Below, piece after piece: positions 54,419 through 64,000 of a DNA stretch of 64,000 bases (the stretch's first letter is position 1; each line of letters starts with the position of its first letter). The stretch spans positions 192,001-256,000 of the forward strand of contig CBDBCZ010000012.1 in assembly GCA_965203295.1 (NCBI GenBank), given 5' to 3'. Both the position numbers and the translations under genes were made by a program. The notes below the pieces were generated by a model. The model did no database searches. It was not told where the DNA came from and saw only the letters and a program-made list of their open reading frames with translations. This DNA comes from Nitrospirales bacterium. GTDB lineage: Bacteria > Nitrospirota > Nitrospiria > Nitrospirales > UBA8639.

Positions 54419-56729
54419 ATGGAGGCTGTTCGCATTCATCAGCGAGGAGCTGAAGACTTTGTAGCTTACTATGAAAGCCTGTGTGCCCTGGAGGACACGT
54501 GTCCTATAGCCAGTATCCGCAGTGGAGCCAAGGAAGGAGTGCTGAGTTGTCGGGTCTACAAGGCTAAGAGAAACGACTGGCACCCACTTCTGACTGCTTT
54601 ACAGATCAACAAGGCACTGCATACTGTTGCCTTCATAGACAAATGGGAGGAAAGACTTTACCCAACTGTGAGAAGCATTGGTATGTAATTAGACCTTTTG
54701 TCTATAATACTGTAAATAGTGGTCAGTACACCAATACATGTAGTTAGACAGTACCTCCATTAATCCAGTGACTTTTTACAAGTATATTATGTTAGCCTTC
54801 ATGCAACCAAATGAAGTGAGGGCCTGGGAGCGAGGATAGATGTACATTTGCACAGGGCAGCTTTGTGTACAGCATAAGCAGAAAGCTTCCAGTTGATTGA
54901 CTGCTGTGTCGGTATGTTTATAATAGTGAATCTATGTACAAAGAAACACTAGTCTTAGACTACTGTCAGCTATAACTAGCAAATATCGCTACTCTTTGTT
55001 CTGCAGATGGTGTGAAGTACCAAAGAGTTGCTGCTGATCCACATGAGACGTGGTGTGCCTGATAGAAGTACAGTGTACAGCATTGCCAAGTACGTACCTG
55101 CAGTTGATGGTGTTAAAGGTATATGTGTATCATGTTAATAGTAGGATAGAGCCCTCATTAGACAACTGGTACGGTAGCTCTAGCTGTATTAAAGTTAGTG
55201 CATTGATCTTTAGTTAATAATCAATGCAGTTTTGAACCTTAAGATACTTTTTATCACACCATAGATAGTAGAGTAGAAGGACAGGAACTCCTTCTACTCT
55301 ACTATATATGATCACGCTAATTAAGCTTGTGCTTTGCAGTATATACAGCACTGCATATACTGATATATATAATGGAATGACTTTATGATAGGTCTGTTCA
55401 AGGGCTTGTGTGCCTCAAGTGCTCTGAAGTCTCTCGTGTTTGAAGGTGTTCACCTACACCTGAAAGACTTAGCACAGGTAAAAGCAGTTAGCGTAGTAGA
55501 TGATGTACATGTAGATGTGAAGGCAGCTTTGTATCTACAGTACCACAAATCTAAATTGTGCATTTTCTAGCTTAAACAGTGTGGGGGGCATATCCATTAC
55601 ATTTGATAGTATGCACAGTGTGTACAGCCACTACTGGCTACTACATGTTAGTATATATTAATTGCGTGTATCATGAAACTGAAATTACAATAACGTTGCT
55701 AAAATATTCTAGTCCTTGTCTTTATCTAGTATAGTCATGTGCTTTTACGTAGTTTAGCTTGGACAGTGTATACATGTAGTTTGCACGTATGGCCATCCCT
55801 TAACTGTCACATTGTGGAGTGAAAACATTTATTTCTGAGACTCTACATTGCAACTGGGTTTTTCATTATTGCCACATGTCTAGCTAGCCCTGGCATTATT
55901 TGTCTCGTGCCCAGCCCTACGTTATGCCCCTGTATATTCAAAGTTGCGGCAGCATTACATCAGTGGCCACAGTTCTGGACCGGCATCGAATATTTCATCA
56001 CCAAACAGATATCACAGTTGCAGTAGGCCATAGTAGTGGTAGTCTCGTGCCCAGCCCCCACGTTAAAAAGTGGGACTGGCGCCCTGTGTATTGAAATTTG
56101 GGTTAGCCATCTGTCAGCAATCCCAGATCTGGACCGGCAGTGCGATTGGCTGATTGTAGTATTACATCACCAAGCGGATATCACAGTTGCAGCAGCCACT
56201 TCGCACCCACCTAACCGTGGTGAGTTCAGCGACATGAATGGCCTCGTTTCCAGGCTCCTCCCACGTGCACTCAGGAAAATAAACGGGAAAAGTTACTTCT
56301 CCCATTTATTTTTGCAAGAGCTGGTGGCTGGGAACAAGGCTACAACATAGATGCAACTGTGATATCCACTTCGCATTGCCGGTCCAGTTCTGGGACTGCT
56401 GACGTATTTTTAAACCAACTTTGATTATACAGTGTGCCACACCCACCTTTCTAACATGTGGCTGGGCATGAGACTATGGTAGTATTGGGCGGTGATGCCT
56501 GATTCACTGTTGAGGGTACTCATTTTGGGTACCAACCCCACTGGAACCACTCGATCATATACTTAAATAGCGCTTGTAGTCCGCACCATATTAAAATTGA
56601 ATTATGTTTACCAGGAAGTATTCCTGGTGTGGCCATCTTCCTACCTCCATGTTTAGGGATTGCTGAAAACTACATCCTTGGTGCATCTTTCACTGAAGGG
56701 ATCTGAGATCGGGAACAAGGCTGCTGAAG
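54419..56729 (+). pseudogene. CEP78: CEP78 5' exons (54419-54680, 55007-55089, 55392-55477, 56657-56729)
   Basis: MEAVRIHQRGAEDFVAYYESLCALEDTCP...DWHPLLTALQINK; SSALKSLVFEGVHLHLKDL; GLLKTTSLVHLSLKGSEIG, all matching recalled CEP78. No open frame found across exons 2-3; later exons not found downstream. Confidence 0.85.
56040..56476. mobile_element. MITE with long TIRs and a nested short palindromic element
   Basis: tagtctcgtgcccagcc / ggctgggcatgagacta; gatatcacagttgca / tgcaactgtgatatc; nested gcctcgtttccagg...ctgggaacaaggc at 56241-56342; partial copy of the left arm at ~55901-56022. Confidence 0.75.
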
Positions 56730-57798
56730 GTGAGCTCTATTAGTTGGCAGAACATGAAGTGTTGCTCAAACAAACCAAACTACTATATTTCTCTTAATCA
56801 CAAGTGTTGTAGATTACTGAAGTGTGGCTGATGATAGCTTACATTGTAATACCGAGTTACTTAATCCAATGCATGTACATGCATTACAATCGAGCGCTCT
56901 AATTCCCACCTCCTTATCGGGATTGGAAGTGGTGTCAACGCCGGTATCGAGACTGGCCCCTCCCCCCGTTCCGTCCCAGCCCCGGAGGAGATGCTTTCTA
57001 AGCTTTGGAACTACTCCTGGGTTGCACAATGGGAAAGACATAAAGATCGCCTACTGGATTCAATGAAGAAGAGGCTTGGAGGTACATATATTCTAGTTAG
57101 ACCATATAGCTAGGATAAATATATGATAGTACAACAGCACGCACATTAAACTTGTAGTTTTGGTCTTGACAGTCACTTTTGTGTTTTCTCAACTTCACTG
57201 TACTCTGTGATTGCCATAGCACTGGTCTTACATGTGAGCGGTCTTTCTTTGAATTGAAATGTATACTTACAAGGCAGCTCTATGCCCCCACCAACAGCCC
57301 ATATGCCTTCTGAAGCAGACCTAGGTGGACCCGTTGTCATTGTCACTATTCACGCTTAACTAGTTACACATGCACTGTTTATGCATCCCAGTTTACTTAG
57401 TTGTCTGATGGGTACTACTATTCAAGAAGTGGATAGCAACTGGGTTCATGGGTACTTATATTCATAGGGTATTTGTATTTGATGGGTACTTATACTCCAG
57501 AGTTTATGGTATGGCCCTAAAACAGGATCTTTACGGCTGCCTACAGACACCATGTACATATGTATAAACATGAACAAAGGTAATGCTACGTAATCCTATC
57601 TCAATGCCACAAATTAAAGTACTTTACATTCCCATCAATTGTTCTGTCAACAATTATCTCTTTTGACAGTCCCAGGCAGGAAGCTGTGTTGATTTCATCT
57701 AAGCATGCCTAAATTAAAATAACAAATAACATACTAACTGATGGACAAACTATCATACATCTACCCCAGTTTTATTAACTTACAGTAACAAAAGGTAC

Positions 57799-58377
57799 TC
57801 TGAAATTGGGTCTTTGGGCTGGATTGCAGATACTGTATGCTTGTTGTATTGCAAATGACTGTTCAAACACTTCTTCAAAGAAGGCTTCTATTTCTGTTGG
57901 CTGCAGAACTAACAGGAAAACAAGAATTACCAATAATTTAAAAGTAGCCAATAAAACTTTAAGATACAATACCTGCATGGATATTCAGTTTGTGGAATGT
58001 AGTCTTCACAGTAGCACTAAAGATGATGTATAGTAAGTGAGCTGTACCCTAAAGCGAAAATGAACATGATGTTACATACAAATGTTTATATAAAGCTTGT
58101 TCATATACCTCAGCGGAATCTTCAATAGCACAGAAAGCATCATCGAGACTTTCTCCATCATACAGCTCAACACTCAGCATAGAAAATATTGGGTCTCCCT
58201 TTAGCTCTCTCAGTGACTGATTTAACACAGTATAGAAATGTCCACACCCTGAATTATCTGGAAGTTGCACTATTTCATTCAGCATTCTTTCTGTAATCCT
58301 TTTTCCAGAACTCAAGTTATACACTGTGTCCATGCATACAGCAAGTTTAGAGTCTGCAATGGACTCTGCAGGTAGAT
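57799..58377 (-). CDS. Two exons of an unidentified gene (58377-58109, 57900-57799)
   Basis: Open frames with AG/GT ends and a phase-0 join: DLPAESIADSK...AIEDSAE|PTEIEAFFEEVFEQSF... Confidence 0.45.
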
Positions 58378-61305
58378 CTACAAAACAAAAATATAGGCAA
58401 TGAGTGTATTGGAAAGTATACATTTAACTTGAAGATGATATGCACTGAGCTGTAGCCTTCAATGAGCTGTTATGTGAGTGGGAGGAGAGAAGCACCCTGG
58501 TCTCCACTACTCACACATGCACAGTAACTAACAGAAAGCAAAAGGTTTCCGTAAATGAACAGCACAGTGATTTGTAGCTACTCTGTAATGCATTGGGCTG
58601 TGATGTGTAGGTAGTCTGTGAACCCATTGCGATGTAAATTATAGCTTGTTTCCCTTGTTTTTGTGAAAGTGCATCCCTACATGAATGGTTTTTGTACTTT
58701 TTGGTGATGCTTTTTCTATAACTTGTTTTGGGTGTTTTTTTAGGGGAAGTGGATGTTCTAGCTACAAGGACATAGCTGTTTTTCAACAGCACCTTTGGCC
58801 AGAAGCTATTCAAACTTGTGCCAACCAAATATAATCAGCCATGTGAGTAAGTGTATTCATGTGAGTAAGTGTAGTAGACATGTACATAAGTGAGCATATT
58901 AACGATAGAATTATTTTTCTTCTGAAGCAATACACTGCCAAGTGTAAACTATATTCATGGAAGAGGTGTTACAGAGGGACCAGACCTATATACATGAATA
59001 TTTCTTTGGAGTTGGCTATAAAATTTATAAGAAGCTACATATACATGTTTTAATGAGATTTATGAGAATTCTAACACCACCCATGAACGCCTTGGACTGG
59101 AGAGCTGACAAATTGGCATTTTTTATTCCCCTTTTCTCTTCCGAGCTTCATTTTGGATACTCACTATGGCTATGCTTAGGCTATGCTATCTCCTTAGCCA
59201 ACTACGTGCAGGACATGAGTGATTTTTGAGATTCCAGCCTTGAACTGAATCCATTAATGTTAATTTAAGCCACAGCCACTTGGTTCTGGGGATAAGATAA
59301 TGAGCTTGCATATATTAATGCATGGCTATACATCGAGAGAGCCACCTGAAGAGAAGGGGGGGACTTTGCCCAGCCCAGTACTTGTGGTACATGTTCACCA
59401 CATCCAGATATTGTAGCTTTTCCCACTGAGGAATTACAGTGTGTATGAGCTGTCTACTAAACATTGGTGTAAAGGAAGGCCTGCTATAGGCTCAAGATTG
59501 CAGTATCTTTGTTATGTGCGTGCAAACTGACATGTGGATGTACACGGACATACGCATTCAAACATACCAAGCACAATTCACCACACAATACATTAGTGAT
59601 GATATGCATGTGTTAGAACGGTTGAAACGTACTTCTTGCAACGCTGTCCATCCCATTAAGTTGCTTGAATTGATAAAGTACATTGCTGAAGATACCCAAA
59701 AGATTCTGAGGGAGATTCAGCGGCAAGTACCACAGTGTGACTGCTTAACAAAACACATCTACTAGGTTAGTAGCCTTGTCCCCAGGCTCTAGCTCTCAAG
59801 TGATAAAAGCTGAGTGAATGCCTGGGAATGAGGCTACTAAGTTAGCAAATGCATGCATAATTGCAGTAGTAAATCTAATGCTTAGCTCAACAATCTATAA
59901 ACCAAAATTATACACTGGAGTATATATGACAATATGGCTAGAGGCCAAACAACTCAATGTGCAAGGAAATGAAACGTATCAAGGGTAAACCAATGTTGAC
60001 ATCACCATGAAACATTAACATTATTACAGTACGCAACAACCCAGTGAGATTTAGTATCAAAATTATGTTATTTTGTGAACCATGGCTGAAAACTTATGTA
60101 AGGCATTTCCACCTCAGATTCTCTGTGGAGATATGAAAAACAGGTTAATCCTTCCAGTGGCCTAGTGGTGAAGGCCCGGAAAGCTGAGAGCTGGGTTAGA
60201 TTCTCTTGAGTACGTAAATGTACTTCCTGTTTAACCCCCCTTTCTTTCTTTAGTTGGTCTTTTGCTTCTTTTGGGTTGTGTTTCTGTTAGTTTTCACTAT
60301 GTATTCCAGAAAGATTGGGCAAGACTGGCTATATACCCTTAGGCTGTACTCAACAACAGGACAGAAGTGATTCAGGCTTGCTAAAGAGCCTTTGCATCTG
60401 GCAGCATGGTTAAGCATTCTTAGACCGGCTCATCCTGTATACATCCGCACCTACACCACAGCTCAGCTACAAGTGTGTTATAAAGTGCAACTATCTGGAC
60501 ATAAATCTCCTCCTACTTGACTTTGGCATTACGGTTTAATACATATGTGTAATTTTCTGAAAACAGAGCTTTAGCCACACGAAGGTTAAGATCTCTTTGT
60601 CTGCTGGCCAATTTACTTCACATTTGGCACTGCGGTTTGCTCTCAATAAACGTAATATTAATAATGTACTTGAAAAACAGACAACCATCCTGACACTAGT
60701 AGCTACACTACAGATGAAAGGCTCATTACTGATCATGAGCAGGGCAAGCTTTCTGGTTTCTACTCTACACAGTCTCTTGCAAGCTTTTGCAAACCTCTAT
60801 CCCGACACGGAAGCTAGTCTCGCGAGCCAGACTGTACGGGACTGCTAGCTATACCCTGGCTGACCAAATTACAGTACAGAACGGGGACATATTAGCGAGT
60901 ACAAACTTACATGGCTTGAAATAGCTTTAATCTCCTGTTGTATGAGTGGCCTGACTCGTACAGCAACTCTTCTCCCTCCCTAACGAAGATTCCCGACGGT
61001 TCAGCGCACAAACGCAATCGTGTGAATGAATGGGGGTGGGGCTATCTAGACCTGTACGCATACGTATACATAGATATTATCTACTAGGGGAATGCATAGC
61101 ATTGTGTGTCAAGCGTGAGCGAGTTCATCATGCCATAGATTATCTATGATTATACATAGCTGACTTGGATATGCAGGGCTGGTAATGCACCATATATTAC
61201 AAAATTAATCACGGATAATAGAGCATGATGTAATTTTACATGCAGCGGTATATTACAGTGGTCACAATCATCATTATAATATGGAAGGATATAGTTGAGA
61301 AAAAC

Positions 61306-62070
61306 TCAAATGTTGGTTTGGTTTGTACTTAATGCCTGTGAATGCCGGCTGTAGGTCAAAGTAAACGGAGGGGCAGATAGGAGGGAAGTTTCGGTGACGT
61401 CTTCATCTTGCATGTTCAATCTCAACAAGTTAAGATTTGTGCCAAAAACATTGAGTGTTAGGAAATCGGTACCAGCAAGAAAGGTGAGCCTAGCACTCCA
61501 CTGTTTCTTGCAGTGTTTCAGTGCTTGAAGAGCATCGCACTTTGCACATATACCCAGCTGTTCAGTTGTGGGGGTGATTTGAGACTTGCAGACTGACAAG
61601 GCAAGCTAAGTACGTGTCTAGTGACACAACAGCTGCAACCTCAACACGAGTTAGCGGCCACCAAATTATGCGAGCCACGGTCACAGATGCTGAAGGACGT
61701 GTACGCTGCTGTTGTGAATGATAAGTCATTGAAGGCAGTTCAGAAGCTCCCGATAAACACCACTGCAGAGAGGGGCTACTCTGAAGAGGAGACATGCCAC
61801 CTTCTCCTCCAGCTACCAATGTTCGTGGCATCGCGGACTTCATCATCCTTTGCCCTTGCGCAGCTGCCCTGCGTTCTCGCCTGCGTACACGTCAGCTTGG
61901 TCTCCGCCTTCGCCGTGCCAGGCTCGCTCGTTCTGTAGCCTTCTCTCTATCTCCACAGGGGTTTCGGCCGCTCTCCTTTCTCTGTAGCGCTGTCTGCGCC
62001 GTTCCAATGTCCGCTGTCTACAGAAGTCACTCATTTCCCTCTCCAGAGTGCACGCACGTGTTGTAGAGGC
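61306..62070. mobile_element. Rearranged Helitron relic: RPA-like Zn/OB fragment (-), Rep fragment (+), N-terminal charged repeat (-)
   Basis: Plus strand CEPRSQMLKDVY...KSLKAVQKL.IN..AERGYSEEETCHLLLQLPMF; minus strand RRRQRYRERRAAETPVEIERRLQ; minus strand CKSQI...GICAKC...CKKQWSARLTF...LTLNVF. Confidence 0.75.
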
Positions 62071-63439
62071 CGAGGATAGTTGCCGCTGAAACAGTTGTTG
62101 AAATAGGCATATATATAGACCATGCACGGACGTGCACGCACGCACAGGTCTTCAGTACTAAGGGGGGGTGGGGGGGCTATATAATAATAGGAAAACAATA
62201 CAACAAATAAAATAACAATAATAATTATAAAAAATAACACAACAGTTCAACATGTGATGACAGCTTCATCATGTGTACATGTAAATAGTCACGAAGAGAG
62301 GTCTCATCCACGAATCGTGACTTCCTGCTTCTAAATCAATCTTTATGCTGTTGTCCATGGTATCTGCATTTGAAATCACCACTGATGCACTCTCTGGTAG
62401 AGCTTGTAAATTTTCATTTGGGTGCTCAGATACTGTCGAGCTCCAGCCACTGCTTGCGATGTGTGTGAGCTCGCTACCTGCACGGCAGTATAAACATTAT
62501 ACAATAATAGAGCCAGTAACGCCTCGGTACGAATCTGACTAGTACACTCCAGTACAAACGCATAGCCTATTAGTAGAATCTGAATGCCAGAGCTCAGTAT
62601 GTACCGGTATGTATATAACAACTTACAATTGCATACGCATTAATGTATTAGCAGGATGATTATTGTTTTTGAAAGCACTGACAGGCTCATGCAGTAGCAC
62701 TGTGACTTAGTCTCTTCTTGTACAGCCTGGTATTTTTCTGCTGTAACTTTGACCTTCTGGCTTCCTACCCTGGGAGGTGAAACAATGCATGAAGCCGGTG
62801 ATGTAACGAAGAATAACATGAACACTTGGCCACCATTGTCTCTACCAAGTGAATCGGATCAGCTCTAGACTCTACTGCGAGCTCTATATGTATGCCACAT
62901 ACCATAGTGACCTAATGCACTAGCTGTCACCATAGTCACTGTTGATTCCAGAGACATTTATGCTTACACAATGAGGTACATAAGCGGTAAATCCTTATTG
63001 GTCCCTCTAACGATCTGTACATGATTGTAGCCATTCGTACCTTTCATTCTCCTTGAAATATTTTCAGAAATGTGTGGCCTAACCAGCAATAGAATTTGTG
63101 ATAGAGCCTACTTTTCAAACCATGAACAAAACAACTACTGAACCAAGGAAACAAAACCTTCAACCACTGCTCAAACTACACAGATTTATTACTATTACTT
63201 TATCTAATTAGTGAAAAGGTACTTAAAATTTTTGTATGTATTTTTATCTTTCCTTTAAGTTTAAAGCTGTATGTGCAGCAGTATTTTCAAAGGAAACACT
63301 GATGAACATGAACTTACACTGAAAATAATGACAGTCTCGCGTCTTCAAGACGACAAAGACTAGTTATCTAGTTTTGATTCTCCCCCCCCCCCCCACACAC
63401 ACTATTTAAAAGTTAGGTATGCATTACATTAAAGTGTGC

Positions 63440-63970
63440 TAGAAACAGGACATGTAGCTAGCAATTGCATTAATTACTGCCTATCTGTGCTGGTAGGGAA
63501 AATGGAGAAAAGGTGATAATGAGTGACAAAGCGGTGAGGTGGTGGGAAGGTGATAAAGGAGAAGAGTCTGATAAGGATACTGGAGATTAGTATTGGCAGT
63601 GAAGATAAACATGGAGAGTGTTACAATCTATGTTCAGAAATCAAGGAATTGGTATAGATAGTTGAAATGAGGTGATTGAAAAGGCTAATAAAGATTTTCA
63701 TGAAAACAGGGAAGAGTTTTTGGGTATTTGTTGGCAGGATCTTCAAAGGGTAGTCGTAAGGGTATATTGCTTCTTTGAGGAGTACTCCAGGTTCACATGT
63801 AACCAGCATTAAGGGAAATTTGGAAGTATTATGTGAGCATTATGAAAGGCTGGGTACAGCATCCGTAGATGATCAGTTTGATGGTAACTGGAAAGAGCAT
63901 GTAGAGCAGAAAGTGACAGAGTATAGGGAAATGTCTAGATTACGGAAGGTTAAGGTTTTGGACAGCTAGG
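63440..63970. mobile_element. LINE fragments in opposite orientations
   Basis: Minus strand DYPLKILP...LFNHL...NSLISEH (resembles RT YRPISILP region); plus strand GNLEVLCEHYERLG. Confidence 0.4.
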
Positions 63971-64000
63971 GGAATTATTTTGCAGAATTTTAACTAAAGC

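Noticed and set aside
60153..60206. tRNA-like sequence ccagtggcctagtggtgaaggc
   Set aside because: Only an A-box-like part; no cloverleaf; at most a SINE remnant.

Overview
Eukaryotic, intron-containing animal DNA; the repeat families and TTAGGG tracts suggest a sponge or similar basal metazoan, but that is inference. Bases 1-16,030 are a complex satellite built on a 10-bp GTATACACAR monomer with several higher-order periods (732, ~2176, 1817, 529 bp). It is interrupted by a complete TRIM-like LTR element and two hairpin elements. Bases 16-64 kb are a mosaic of decayed, partly shuffled gene fragments: Twinkle (3 exons, 2 frameshifts), a CIMIP2C/FAM166C-like gene head-to-head with an unknown gene, PPP1R21 3' exons joined by a 27-nt junction to mid-CEP78 exons, a TMEM30/CDC50 copy with 2 nonsense codons and a U12-type intron, and CEP78 5' exons. 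These are mixed with transposon relics (hAT, pogo/Tigger, LINE, Helitron, foldbacks, SINE). Most unusual structures: a pair of near-identical TTAA-flanked Kolobok-like units bracketing telomeric repeats, and a family of long-hairpin plus IR-bounded cassette elements with no consistent target-site duplication. Gene names come from my recall of vertebrate orthologue sequences, not from a database search. Nearly all ORFs in the supplied track are spurious.
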